Source: an archaeon (GTDB lineage: Archaea; Asgardarchaeota; Thorarchaeia; Thorarchaeales; Thorarchaeaceae). From it: a DNA stretch of 64,000 nt. The stretch is taken from contig JAJRWI010000037.1 of the NCBI GenBank assembly GCA_024276825.1, positions 28,786-92,785 of the forward strand, written 5' to 3'. Below the pieces are notes generated by a model. The model saw only the letters and a list, made by a program, of their open reading frames with translations, made no database searches and had not been told where the DNA came from. Each line of letters starts with the position of its first letter. Within the stretch, counting starts at the first letter, position 1. Position numbers and translations under genes: made by a program. This document shows positions 30,402-40,978 of this stretch, piece after piece.

Positions 30402-32658
30402 TGATTCTGATACTGTGAGTGTGATAATAACGAGAATAGATGAAATTCCAATAAACCAAAGAATAATCAAACTACTCACATCCTTGGGCATTAAAACTCT
30501 GTTTCCACCCCAAGAACGGGCCCTCGAAACTGGTGTGTTGAATGGTCGAAACCTTATACTTGCTATACCCACTAGCTCTGGTAAGACCCTGGTCGCTGAG
30601 ATATGCATGCTAAAATCAATCCTCAGTGGAAATGGCAAGGCCATGTATTTGGTCCCTCTCAGATCACTTGCATTTGAAAAACACAATGAATTCAAAAAAT
30701 ACGATCATCTGGGAATAAAAACAGCAATTTCAGTAGGAGACTTTGACACCACCTCTCAAGAGTTGCAAGATGCTGATATAATAATATTGACAACTGAACG
30801 CGCAGACTCGCTCATTCGACATGGGGCAAACTGGCTCCCAGAGATTGGAATTGTTGTTGTGGATGAGATACACCTCTTAAATGACCCTTCACGAGGTCCG
30901 ACCCTTGAAATGGTGGTGGCTACAATTCTGAATACAATGCCCAATGTTCAAATTGTTGCTCTCAGTGCAACAATATCAAACGCTGATGCAATTGCTCATT
31001 GGTTGGATGCTGAATTAGTAAAGAGCACATGGAGACCAATATCTCTCAGAGAGGGGGTTTATTTCAATGGCAATATAATGTTCGATGATGGGTCCTCACG
31101 ACCAGTTGAAAGAAAACGAAACAACGAACTAGCCAATTTGGTCTGTAGCATCCTAGATGAAGATGGTCAAGTACTGGTATTCGTATCAAGTCGAAGATCA
31201 ACAATCAGTGTAGCACGAATTCTTTCAAGGTATGTAAATCCCTATGTGTCCGATGAGTCCAGAGAATATCTACGCTCACTGGCACAAAAAATAGGAGGGG
31301 GTCGTTCAATACCCGAAACCTCCCGCATTCTTGCACGGACCATAATGAATGGTGTGGCCTTTCATCATGCGGGTCTTTCAAATCAGGAACGCATCCTTAT
31401 TGAAAATGCCTTCAAGAGCAATCATCTGAAAGTTATCACTGCTACTCCTACACTTGCTGCAGGCGTGAATCTGCCTGCACGAAGGGTCATTATTAGGGAT
31501 TATAGAAGATACGAGTCTAGTCGCGGTAATTACCCCATTCCAGTCCTAGAGTACAAGCAAATGTCTGGTCGAGCTGGGAGGCCTAAATACGACTCTTATG
31601 GTGAATCCGTGCTCATTGCAAAGTCGGAATACGAACTTGACTCTCTCATGGAACAATATGTACTATCCGAACCTGAAGAAATAACTTCAAAATTGGCGTC
31701 ACAAAAGGCCATGCGCTTTCATCTGTTGGCTTTGATCTCAAGCAAAATAGTAAATACGACAAATGACATTGACTCGTTTCTTGCAAAGACATTTTTCTCA
31801 TCACAGTTTGATCAACATATTATCACGGAATATATTCAATCTGCACTTGACTTTCTTGAGAATAGTGGACTGATTCATCAAGAAGATGACATCTTATATG
31901 CCACCTCATTTGGCAAACGCACATCAGATCTATATATTGACCCCGAGTCTGCAATACTGTTTCGAGATATACTCTCTCAGAACCCCGATGTTTCAGAACA
32001 ATCTGTCATTCACCTCATTTGTCACTCTCCTGACCAACCTGTCTTTTATCTGGGTGGGACTGAAGTTGATGACTATAGCGCTTTTGTGGACGCTCATGGT
32101 GATGAATTCCTAGTTCCGCCACCAGATTACTGGGACGAGCGAGCAGACCTGATCTCTTACTTGGCAGAAATCAAGACATCATTCGTCCTTTTGGACTGGA
32201 TGGATGAACAAACTGATAGAGAAATAACTGAACGATACAATATTGGAGTTGGGGATATACATAGGTTTGCTCAAATTGCGACTTGGCTTCTGTACTCAGC
32301 CTCTGAGATTGCCAGAATATCAGCATCAAAAGAGATTGCCAGCTTTATTAGAATGCTCAGTGATAGAATGAAACATGGTGTACGTTCTGAGATACTCGAA
32401 TTAGTCCGGCTGAAGGGTATTGGCCGAGTCAGAGCCAGAATGCTGTACAACCATGGTGTAAAGAGTCTTAGTGATCTCCTCACAATAAACCCAATACAAC
32501 TTGCCAGAATCCCAACCATTGGGACAACGCTTGCAAGATCAATATTGAAACAGGTTGGAATTAAAATGGATGAGATGCCCGAAGTAGCACCTGAAGAGGA
32601 TCCATCCGAACTGCTGACAACGCTTAATCAAACATCTCTGGATGATCATGACATTTAG
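30394..32658 (+). CDS. hel308: Ski2-like DNA helicase Hel308
   Basis: PTSSGKT, DEIH, SAT, HHAGL, TPTLAAGVNLPA, QMSGRAGRP, C-terminal HhH. Confidence 0.93.
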   Translation: MLNDSDTVSVIITRIDEIPINQRIIKLLTSLGIKTLFPPQERALETGVLNGRNLILAIPTSSGKTLVAEICMLKSILSGNGKAMYLVPLRSLAFEKHNEFKKYDHLGIKTAISVGDFDTTSQELQDADIIILTTERADSLIRHGANWLPEIGIVVVDEIHLLNDPSRGPTLEMVVATILNTMPNVQIVALSATISNADAIAHWLDAELVKSTWRPISLREGVYFNGNIMFDDGSSRPVERKRNNELANLVCSILDEDGQVLVFVSSRRSTISVARILSRYVNPYVSDESREYLRSLAQKIGGGRSIPETSRILARTIMNGVAFHHAGLSNQERILIENAFKSNHLKVITATPTLAAGVNLPARRVIIRDYRRYESSRGNYPIPVLEYKQMSGRAGRPKYDSYGESVLIAKSEYELDSLMEQYVLSEPEEITSKLASQKAMRFHLLALISSKIVNTTNDIDSFLAKTFFSSQFDQHIITEYIQSALDFLENSGLIHQEDDILYATSFGKRTSDLYIDPESAILFRDILSQNPDVSEQSVIHLICHSPDQPVFYLGGTEVDDYSAFVDAHGDEFLVPPPDYWDERADLISYLAEIKTSFVLLDWMDEQTDREITERYNIGVGDIHRFAQIATWLLYSASEIARISASKEIASFIRMLSDRMKHGVRSEILELVRLKGIGRVRARMLYNHGVKSLSDLLTINPIQLARIPTIGTTLARSILKQVGIKMDEMPEVAPEEDPSELLTTLNQTSLDDHDI

Positions 32659-33737
32659 AAATGATACTCCGCTAGCTCAGAGTGCACTGCCTTGATTATC
32701 TCTCTTGTTCGATTGATTGAATGGTCACTCTCAACATTCAACTCCTCACTCACTTTGACCTCTTCACCTGCAATCTCTTCTAACAGATTCTTGGTACATT
32801 TTGAGAGTACATCCAAGTCATATCCTCCTTCTAGAAAGAACACAAGCCTTCCATTGCAGTGCTTCTCTGCCATTTCTACAAGCATCCTATTCATCATTGC
32901 AAATCCATTGAAAGTGAGACCAAGAGAAGTGAGTGGGTCTCTTAGGTGCGCATCAAATCCAGCAGACACAAGTATGAACTCTGGCTTGAAGCTCGATGCA
33001 GCCTGTTTCACAACATCATTGAATACAATCCCATAGGATTTGTCCCCCGCTCTTGGATATAATGGCACATTAATGTTGTATCCTATTCCCCTCCCTACTC
33101 CTATCTCATCAATAAAGCCAGTTCCAGGGAATAATGTGCGTCCATCTTGGTGAATACCTACGTACATGACCCTGTCGGTCGAAAAGAATGCATGCTGCGT
33201 ACCGTTGCCATGATGTGCATCATAATCTACAATCATAACACGTTCAAGTTTCCTGTGTTCAATGAGATGATTGGCTGCGACCGCAATGTTATTGATAAAG
33301 CAAAACCCAAAGGCCCTCGATGGCTCTGCATGGTGTCCTGGTGGTCGGCATAGTATTAATGCATTATCAGTAACACCATCAAGTATATTGTCCACGGCCA
33401 TTACTCCACCACCCGCCGCGATGATAGCTGCATCATAGGTGTGCCTATTAGCTTGAGTATCGAGTGTAAAATATCCACCACCATTCGCAGAAACTTCCTT
33501 TACCCTCTCCAAATATGCCCTATCATGAACCGCCAAAACATCCTCGAAACTTGCTGCCTTGGGCGTAACGAGCCGTATCTTTTCTATGTCCAATAATCCT
33601 GTTTCTTTCAAATATGACATTGTGTGCAGAACTCTTAGGGGCGACTCTAGATGCCCCAAGCTCATCTCATGCTTTGTGAACACATCATGATACACAAGAT
33701 CCGTCATTACAACTCGCTTCCTCTCAGTACATTGCAT
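32655..33737 (-). CDS. Histone deacetylase family (class II-like) protein
   Basis: RPPGHHA, GFC, DYDAHHGNGTQ, SAGFDAH, LEGGY. Confidence 0.93.
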   Translation of the reverse strand: MQCTERKRVVMTDLVYHDVFTKHEMSLGHLESPLRVLHTMSYLKETGLLDIEKIRLVTPKAASFEDVLAVHDRAYLERVKEVSANGGGYFTLDTQANRHTYDAAIIAAGGGVMAVDNILDGVTDNALILCRPPGHHAEPSRAFGFCFINNIAVAANHLIEHRKLERVMIVDYDAHHGNGTQHAFFSTDRVMYVGIHQDGRTLFPGTGFIDEIGVGRGIGYNINVPLYPRAGDKSYGIVFNDVVKQAASSFKPEFILVSAGFDAHLRDPLTSLGLTFNGFAMMNRMLVEMAEKHCNGRLVFFLEGGYDLDVLSKCTKNLLEEIAGEEVKVSEELNVESDHSINRTREIIKAVHSELAEYHF

Positions 33738-33832
33738 AATCAGTCATACACAAAGACTCGCTTGATACTTTGTTGATGTGGCAAGCTTTATTTTATCTTG
33801 TGCTGGTCAAGAAGTCAATCTTCAGCAAGCAT

Positions 33833-33970
33833 GGGTCGGTAGTCTAGCTTGGTATGATTCTTGCTTGGGGTGGTTCTATTCATAAGAATGGAATCCCAAC
33901 CTGCAAGAGATCGGGAGTTCAAAATAGTGCAAACATGCCTTGCATTATGAAGTTCTCCCCCGGCCCACCA
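33833..33970 (+). tRNA. tRNA-Pro(GGG) with two introns: 37/38 (33871-33901) and 59/60 (33924-33953)
   Basis: Both inserts form BHB motifs (TTGG/CCAA and TTCA/TGAA central helices). Removal restores CTTGC-TTGGGGT-GCAAG and GGGAG-TTCAAAT-CTCCC; CCA encoded. Confidence 0.9.
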
Positions 33971-33984
33971 TCCTCTTTTCTTGT

Positions 33985-34575
33985 TCAAGACCTTGCCAAG
34001 GCCTCACAGACTGTTTCATAAATTGGTCCCGAGGATGTGAGCGTACTCTTTGTCAATCTGACAGTATCTATGGCCATGTCACCAATTCTCTCATCCGCCA
34101 ACGACTCAAGATTTCTCATTAGTTGTTCTCGGTTCTTAATGAAACGGACTCTTGCAATGGTGATATGCGGGACAAACTTGCCTTCTGGGGGGTAACCAAA
34201 CTCATGCAATAACTCATCGATTTGCTCTTTCAGGCTCTTCACCATGTCCGCATTATGAGTGACTCCAACCCAAATGACACGAGGTCTTCTATTGTTGGGA
34301 AATGATCTAACTCCTCCAATGGACACATTAAATGGAGTGAAACTGATTCTCTCGAAACGTGAACAGATATCATTGACTGTTGAAACTGGAGTATCCCCAA
34401 GAAAACGGACTGTGAAGTGAATATTTTCCATCTCAACAAGCTTCATCTTTGCAGACCCTTTGTCCAGTCTGTCTTGAATTTGCTTTATTCTTGATAATAA
34501 TGAATCATCTTGAATATCAATACTGAAAAACACTCTCAATGAATTGACCATTAGTAGCACCAGCTTCGATTGCAT
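33985..34575 (-). CDS. thpR: RNA 2',3'-cyclic phosphodiesterase (2H family)
   Basis: Paired HxT motifs (HFT, HIT), PRVIWVG, GPIY. Confidence 0.9.
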   Translation of the reverse strand: MQSKLVLLMVNSLRVFFSIDIQDDSLLSRIKQIQDRLDKGSAKMKLVEMENIHFTVRFLGDTPVSTVNDICSRFERISFTPFNVSIGGVRSFPNNRRPRVIWVGVTHNADMVKSLKEQIDELLHEFGYPPEGKFVPHITIARVRFIKNREQLMRNLESLADERIGDMAIDTVRLTKSTLTSSGPIYETVCEALARS

Positions 34576-34632
34576 TAATTCTTTAAGTCATAATATGACT
34601 TGTTTTTATCATAGGGAGTGAATGATTAGACT

Positions 34633-35169
34633 ATGAAGCTTGTCATTATCACAGGAATGCCTGGTGCAGGAAAGAGCGTTGTGGCCAACATTTTCAGGGA
34701 ACATGAATATCCAGTTATAGTAATGGGTGATGTCATTCGCGAGCAGGCCAGAAGAAGAGGCTTGGACCCAGACTCCGAATCTACAAAGAAGATAATGCTT
34801 GAACTTAGAGAACTTGATGGACCTGGTGCTGTTGCTAAGAAGTGTTTAGCCATACTCCAATCACAAGAATCGAACATTGTGGTTATTGAGGGCTGTCGAA
34901 GCCTTGCTGAAGTTGACGTCTTTGATGATTTTGCCACTGACCTCACAATAATATGTGTTCACTCTTCACCCAAGACACGCTTTAGACGATTACAAGAACG
35001 TGGAAGAAAGGATGCCCCTCCCGATTGGTTGGTGTTCAAGGAGCGGGACATGCGCGAGATAGCAGTTGGCTTAGGGGGGGTCATTGCCATGGCCGATATT
35101 ATGATAGTAAATGAAGGACCGCTTGAAACCCTCAGGAAGAAAACAATTGAAATCTTGGAGGGCCTTTGA
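34633..35169 (+). CDS. P-loop kinase (UPF0200 / dephospho-CoA kinase-like)
   Basis: GMPGAGKS, MGDVIRE, RFRRL..RGR.D. Confidence 0.8.
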   Translation: MKLVIITGMPGAGKSVVANIFREHEYPVIVMGDVIREQARRRGLDPDSESTKKIMLELRELDGPGAVAKKCLAILQSQESNIVVIEGCRSLAEVDVFDDFATDLTIICVHSSPKTRFRRLQERGRKDAPPDWLVFKERDMREIAVGLGGVIAMADIMIVNEGPLETLRKKTIEILEGL

Positions 35170-35596
35170 CTTGCAAATCACAATAAAGTGCCCCGTGTAT
35201 CCTACTGAAGATGTTGAATGTGTGAAGACGGCTTTAAACACATTCTTCCCAAATGAGCGAGTCAACATGCTAAACGAACTGGGTCATAATGTGCTGTCTT
35301 TAGTCAGTAATGATGAAAGTTTACTCATTGCATTAAGGGAGCATATTTACTCACTTCGAGTCATTGATGCTGTGAGAGCAAAGCTGCTGTCAAACTGGGA
35401 CGGCCAAGAAACTACCCTTTATCTCGATAAGCAATCCGCCTTTGTAGGACGCCTGAAGATCGTGGACTATCCATTAATTGATCCACCATTGGGGAGCATT
35501 GAAGTGACCCTAGCTTTTGAGAGTCAGTCCCAATTTGACTCATTCGTCAGGTGGATTACTCCGCCCACAAGAGATGGCGTGATTATAGAAGAATAG
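35111..35596 (+). CDS. UPF0201 / DUF54 RNA-binding-like protein
   Basis: VYPTED...V..A..N.FP, I.DA.R, KQ.A..G, PPLG.I. Start uncertain. Confidence 0.7.
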   Translation: MKDRLKPSGRKQLKSWRAFDLQITIKCPVYPTEDVECVKTALNTFFPNERVNMLNELGHNVLSLVSNDESLLIALREHIYSLRVIDAVRAKLLSNWDGQETTLYLDKQSAFVGRLKIVDYPLIDPPLGSIEVTLAFESQSQFDSFVRWITPPTRDGVIIEE

Positions 35597-35622
35597 ACTT
35601 GCTATTACTTGAAACTGCTGAA

Positions 35623-36648
35623 TCAAAACTCAACAACGACAATCTCGCGAGTCAATCCGCTATGTACTCGTATTTTGACTCTGCATACTCTTCTAAAACC
35701 CAATGAATCAATCATATCACTAACACCCATCTCACTACTTGCTGAAACACATAGTGTTCCCCCTTTGGAAACAACATTGGGAGATAGTGTCAAGAAGTTC
35801 CAAAGCAACTTTATTGCTCTCTCTCCTCTAGTCGAACTGACTCTTCCATAAGGCGGATCAGTGACAATGTGGTCACAACCAATGATTTGCATATGTCTCG
35901 CATCACTCTGAATGAGTGTGAACCTTGAAGGGTCAATGTCTTTTAGATTTGCCTCTGCCCCTTGAAGAAACCTCCATGAAAGGTCAATTCCAATAGTCTT
36001 TGCCCCTATGATGGCAGCCTCACATAAGATTCCGCCTCCCCCACAAAATGGGTCTAACACAGTTTCACCAGTCATTATTCTTGCAAGATTACACATACTT
36101 CTGGCCACAATTGAATTCATCATGGATGGATGAAACCATGGCTTTCGACCTGGTGTCCGCTTAATCAACTCTCCCCTCAATCTTGATATTTTACTTTTAC
36201 ATAGAATTACATTATCAGGCATAATGACTACTTGGATTTTTATATCTGAGGACTCTAAGTCTACTCTTGCTCCAGTCCTGTCCTTGATTACTCTCCCAAC
36301 GAACCTTGAAAGATTTGGCCCTATACTCACTCCATAATCTTTGGCAAAATTGACATGTCTGACGCTGAAGCTCTGCGTGGAATCAATCCAATCATCAAGT
36401 GCAATATTTTCCATTTCGCGGTATAGTTCTTCAATTGAATCAAACATACAAATGACCTCGCCTGCCTCCCGAACATATGCAGCACGATTTACTATAAGGT
36501 CCGTAGGATCAATGGGTGCATTAAACAAGAAGACCCTGCCAACCCACTTTGAATCATGAACTGAAGTCTGAATGGATATCAATGTTTCAAGCTCTGCCTT
36601 CCCAAGCTCTACATTCTCACCAACTATTATTGAATAGTATGTGTTCAA
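35623..36648 (-). CDS. THUMP-domain tRNA (guanine-10) methyltransferase, Trm-G10/Trm11-like
   Basis: PWFHPSMM, LDPFCGGGG, TDPPYG, VHSGLTR. Confidence 0.85.
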   Translation of the reverse strand: MNTYYSIIVGENVELGKAELETLISIQTSVHDSKWVGRVFLFNAPIDPTDLIVNRAAYVREAGEVICMFDSIEELYREMENIALDDWIDSTQSFSVRHVNFAKDYGVSIGPNLSRFVGRVIKDRTGARVDLESSDIKIQVVIMPDNVILCKSKISRLRGELIKRTPGRKPWFHPSMMNSIVARSMCNLARIMTGETVLDPFCGGGGILCEAAIIGAKTIGIDLSWRFLQGAEANLKDIDPSRFTLIQSDARHMQIIGCDHIVTDPPYGRVSSTRGERAIKLLWNFLTLSPNVVSKGGTLCVSASSEMGVSDMIDSLGFRRVCRVKIRVHSGLTREIVVVEF

Positions 36649-36681
36649 GGAAACGCCTCACAAATCCCTTTTGTCAAGCTA

Positions 36682-37539
36682 TCAAATCTCTTCGTACAAG
36701 TTCTCTCCTCCAAGGAACACTCTCTGCAACTCACCATATAGCATTTCAACACCCTTCATCTCCTTTGCTGACACAGGAAGCACAGTGACAGTCCCTCCTA
36801 GGTCTTTTAACATTTGAAGTGCTGAGAATGCATAGTCACGAACAAGCCCTGAAGACATGTTGTCTAATGCCTCTTCTAATTCATATGGCTCTTCACTCCA
36901 TTGCAAGACCTCCTCTATCTCGGTGGGTGAGAGTATGTCAATCTTGCTGAGTAGTGTCAACTGTGGCAGCCCAAATCGAATATTGATTGAAAATCCTAAC
37001 AGCATTGACGAGAGGTAACCCGTTGGTGTTCTTGCTATATTGGCATCCATTAGATATAATGAAACAGATGGGTCTCGATCACCCAAGCTTGATACCAAGA
37101 GAGGTCCAGAATTTCTATATGCAAAAAGTTCCATCTGCCCTGGACAGTCAACAATCACATAATCCCTGCCAAAGTCCACAATCTCTTCACGGATATATGT
37201 GACGTGGCTTACAGCCATGTCTAGTGATGCAACGAGGGCTCCATTTGGCCCTAACCCAAACTTACTCATTACTTCTCCATAGTCCACATACTCTCTAATA
37301 TCAACATCACTTGTGTAAGGTGGCTTTTCAACGCCTGGATCAAGATTAACAACTGTGGCACTCAAGTCCGCAGCTGTAAGCCACTTCTCAAGAGATGCGC
37401 TCAATAATGACTTTCCCGAACCTGCAGTTCCAATAATGAATATCCAATACATTTTCTGACCATTATCAATGAATCCCGAGATGCCTTTATCCCTTTTCAT
37501 TAGGTGGACTAAGCGACTCACCACTATGTATATCAGCAA
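36682..37539 (-). CDS. GPN-loop GTPase
   Basis: GTAGSGKS, NLDPG, LGPNG, DCPGQME, SKID. Likely start at MYWIF. Confidence 0.92.
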   Translation of the reverse strand: MLIYIVVSRLVHLMKRDKGISGFIDNGQKMYWIFIIGTAGSGKSLLSASLEKWLTAADLSATVVNLDPGVEKPPYTSDVDIREYVDYGEVMSKFGLGPNGALVASLDMAVSHVTYIREEIVDFGRDYVIVDCPGQMELFAYRNSGPLLVSSLGDRDPSVSLYLMDANIARTPTGYLSSMLLGFSINIRFGLPQLTLLSKIDILSPTEIEEVLQWSEEPYELEEALDNMSSGLVRDYAFSALQMLKDLGGTVTVLPVSAKEMKGVEMLYGELQRVFLGGENLYEEI

Positions 37540-37601
37540 TAATATTGTAATTGATTTACTAATGATATGCTGAACTTAATCCTACTCACAGGTGAGCATC
37601 T

Positions 37602-38894
37602 TTGAAGCCCATAATCGAGATAAACGACCCAATACATGGGTTTATCAAATTATCTGAAGTAGAAACAAAGATCATAAACTCTAAACCATATCAAAGGCTC
37701 CGTAGGATTAAACAGTTGTCTGGTGGGCATTTTGTCTATCCCACGGCAGAGCATACTCGCTTTGGACATTGTATGGGTGCTATGTTCCTTGCTGGCCTTT
37801 TAAGCAACAGAATTTTGCCAAGTATTGATGAATTAGACTCCCTTCAAGATGTTCGTGTAGCAGCTCTTCTTCATGATTTGGGACATGGCCCCTTCAGTCA
37901 CGTCTATGAGGACGTTCTCTTGGAAAAAAGAAAGATGAATCATGAAGATGTGACGGAGTGGCTTATTTGTAATAGCGAAATTGGTGATATACTTGAAGAT
38001 GCAGGCATATCAAAACATAGGATTGCAGATCTTGTTCGTGGGCGCAGAAGGACAAAGAAAGATGGGGTCATCAGTGGAATAGTTGCAGGACAAATCGATG
38101 TTGATAAAATGGACTATCTAATACGCGACTCATTTTATTGTGGTGTCAATTATGGACTTGTGGATATTCACCGTCTGATTAGTAGTCTTGAAGTTTCGAA
38201 AAATATGGATGTTGAATTTGACATTAATGCTCGGGGCGCAATAGAATCATTTCTTGTCGCACGCTATGAAATGTTTCTCAATGTCTACTACCACAAGGCT
38301 GTGAGAGCTGTTGAGGTCATGCTGGTCAAGCTGATGAATGCAGCTGATTCTGTTTTGGGCCTGACGGATTTCTCAACACCTGAAGAGTTCTTACAACTTG
38401 ATGACATATCTTTAATATCTCGCGCTCGCAAGGTAGACCCTAATGAATCAGAAGATGCAAAAGAAGTAAATGAAATGATGACAGCTCTTGACTCCCGTAC
38501 ATTATACAAATCATCGTTTGAAAAAATTCTACATACCGACGATAGATTTGTTTCAAAAATTCTCACAAAAAGAAAAGTCAGAGAGAGCATCGAGGAGGAA
38601 ATAGCAGAAAAGGCAGGCGTACCAGCAGAAGATGTGATTGTGGACGTACCAACATTGCCATCTGTTCCATATAACCCCTATCAGTCCAATCCCATGGAAA
38701 TCAAAATATTCGAAATTATAGATGGCAAGAAAGTTTCGCGCAATCTGTCTGAAATATCAAATATTGCCGAGATGATGAAGGTCTACTTTGACTTGATACG
38801 AGTATACACTTTTGACAAACACAGAATAAAGGTTGGCCGTGCTGCAAGAGAGATATTTCAAGAAGTTCCTGAAGCGGCAATGATTCATATGTGA
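37602..38894 (+). CDS. HD-domain phosphohydrolase (SAMHD1/dNTPase-like)
   Basis: DPIHG, QRLRRIKQL, EHTRF.H, LLHDLGHGPFSH, DKMDYL.RD. Confidence 0.88.
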   Translation: MKPIIEINDPIHGFIKLSEVETKIINSKPYQRLRRIKQLSGGHFVYPTAEHTRFGHCMGAMFLAGLLSNRILPSIDELDSLQDVRVAALLHDLGHGPFSHVYEDVLLEKRKMNHEDVTEWLICNSEIGDILEDAGISKHRIADLVRGRRRTKKDGVISGIVAGQIDVDKMDYLIRDSFYCGVNYGLVDIHRLISSLEVSKNMDVEFDINARGAIESFLVARYEMFLNVYYHKAVRAVEVMLVKLMNAADSVLGLTDFSTPEEFLQLDDISLISRARKVDPNESEDAKEVNEMMTALDSRTLYKSSFEKILHTDDRFVSKILTKRKVRESIEEEIAEKAGVPAEDVIVDVPTLPSVPYNPYQSNPMEIKIFEIIDGKKVSRNLSEISNIAEMMKVYFDLIRVYTFDKHRIKVGRAAREIFQEVPEAAMIHM

Positions 38895-39106
38895 TATTTG
38901 ACAAAAAAATCAATTAACATACCATAATGGCAATGACCGGACCCGTATTAATGGGGAATGACTTCTTTAGACACAATCACCAATGCTTATGTTTCCAACG
39001 TACAACAAACAGTAAAATTCTGTTATCTTAAGAAGACCACTTTTTCCTGTGAGATTATATAGTATCATACCGAATTGACCTCTGAAAGTAATTTAGAGGT
39101 GTACGC

Positions 39107-40054
39107 TTGAACAACGAATTAAATGATGCATTAGAAAACATCAAAATGATCTCGGGGGTTGAGAACGTCATCCTAGTTCAAAAAGATGGTCTTCCAATCG
39201 CAAGCGCTGGAGTCTGGTTCAGTAAAGATGAGGTGTTTGCGGTATCTTCAGCCACCTGTGCAATTTTCGGAGTGGCCCATTTGATTCATGGGGACTTCAA
39301 GTACTTGTTGATGGAATCTGAAACTTCTAAAGTGTTCATTGCATCTTTGCCCTACGACTCTAATTACTTTCTAACAATCACCACTGCGCCCCGGGTGAAT
39401 CTGGCAGCATTGTTCATTGAAATGCGATCCAGCCTGTCCCAAATATCATTTCTGCTACAGCAGTACGTTGACGGCCGTCTTCCACCACTCAGATCATATA
39501 GCCAAGATGAAACCCAACATGTGCTGAAAGGGTTTTCAGTTGCAGAATCAACATACTCAACCCATTCTCTATCCAGATCAATCCTTTCGCTTGATAGATC
39601 ACAAGCATTATCCATAAGGACAATTTTGCGTCAAGTCAAGGATAGCATCCCCAATATTGACTCAGTCTTCCTAGCTCTAAACGGTGGTGTGAGAATATCA
39701 CTAGACAGTTTTACTAACGATCGGCTTGCAGCAATGTCATTTGCTCTCTATGATGCCTCCGAACGAGTGGTTCAGACATTAAGAAATAGTTCCCTTGATT
39801 CTGTTCTATGTGAAACCGAACGCACTAGACATATTCTCTATTCAATTCCGAATGGTGTGTTTAGCCTCTGGGTTGATAAGAATAGCCAAAAACTTGGACT
39901 GATGCGACTTCTGCTAAAACATTACATTGATGAGATTAAGCGCATCTTGAGTTCGGTATCAGCCATGAAGCCATCAATTCCAAAAGACCTCAGGGAGCTT
40001 CTACTCTCAGGCACTGCAGATAGAAAATTACTACTTGCGAGGGAGGAACCATGA
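39107..40054 (+). CDS. Tandem Roadblock/LC7 (MglB/LAMTOR-like) domain protein
   Basis: Two ~120-aa repeats (GV..VILV..DGLPIAS...VNLA.L; NIDSVFL...GG.RIS...KLGLMRL). Confidence 0.75.
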   Translation: MNNELNDALENIKMISGVENVILVQKDGLPIASAGVWFSKDEVFAVSSATCAIFGVAHLIHGDFKYLLMESETSKVFIASLPYDSNYFLTITTAPRVNLAALFIEMRSSLSQISFLLQQYVDGRLPPLRSYSQDETQHVLKGFSVAESTYSTHSLSRSILSLDRSQALSIRTILRQVKDSIPNIDSVFLALNGGVRISLDSFTNDRLAAMSFALYDASERVVQTLRNSSLDSVLCETERTRHILYSIPNGVFSLWVDKNSQKLGLMRLLLKHYIDEIKRILSSVSAMKPSIPKDLRELLLSGTADRKLLLAREEP

Positions 40055-40965
40055 CCTATTCAATATCGCAATTAATTGACCTTTTGGGTGAGAGATTTCC
40101 CCTAATACTAAGTGCAGTCCTATGTCGATTGCCAATATTAATAACTGGGAAAGATGCTGAATTACTGGATGATCTGACAGATAGTATCTCTCATCTCTGC
40201 TTGCATAGACATATACTTGTATTCTGGCGTGATTTTACAACCCAAGATGAACTATTGTCAGTCTGGGCTGAGGAAAAACATGATTATGAAATAATAAGAA
40301 CAACAGTCTGCAGTTTTTCGTCAAGTATCAATCTTGCTATGGAACGAATCAGTCATTTTATGGGGTGGATTATTGCTGCTCCACTTATCAAGTCATGCGA
40401 TTCGAGCCCCTCCCCAGCACTAGAATCCATCATCACCTGCATTTTGGAAACATCACCCAATTGTGGCATATTGGATGTATCGTCCCCCTCAGCCATTAGT
40501 TTCTCTCTAGCAAAAGATGATTATGCAATATTTGAAGTTGAAAAGAAAATAACTTCTAGAATACTAACCAGAAAGAGAACATCACTGGAACGAATTAGAC
40601 GATTACTCAAGAAGTCATTACGTAACATGAAAAACTCCAATCACATAATATCAGTAATATTGAATCTTGATGACGAGTCGGAAAAGCTCACTCGTGATAT
40701 GTTCAATGAAGAGATTAATGGGTTTGTCCATGCTGCCCGAAGAGCGGCGACTTTACTCTCACGAATCCGCCTTGCAAGAGAGCTTGGTGCTACTACTACT
40801 CTAACTGAAAGAAATCTGTTTGAGGCTATTGGCTGGGATGGTGGAACACTCCACGAATTGATTAGATTCATCAAAGCAGAATGGCATGAAGACTTCTCTG
40901 ATTGTGTAAAAGGAGGTACACTCTCAGGCCTTGGGGCTTGGGTTGACAGTATGTGGGGGACATAA
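40051..40965 (+). CDS. Hypothetical protein, possible DENN-like alpha/beta domain
   Basis: Translationally coupled to the Roadblock gene (ATGA overlap). LSAVLCRLPILITG resembles the cDENN helix-strand. Confidence 0.45.
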   Translation: MTYSISQLIDLLGERFPLILSAVLCRLPILITGKDAELLDDLTDSISHLCLHRHILVFWRDFTTQDELLSVWAEEKHDYEIIRTTVCSFSSSINLAMERISHFMGWIIAAPLIKSCDSSPSPALESIITCILETSPNCGILDVSSPSAISFSLAKDDYAIFEVEKKITSRILTRKRTSLERIRRLLKKSLRNMKNSNHIISVILNLDDESEKLTRDMFNEEINGFVHAARRAATLLSRIRLARELGATTTLTERNLFEAIGWDGGTLHELIRFIKAEWHEDFSDCVKGGTLSGLGAWVDSMWGT

Positions 40966-40978
40966 CGGAGGTTGTCAA

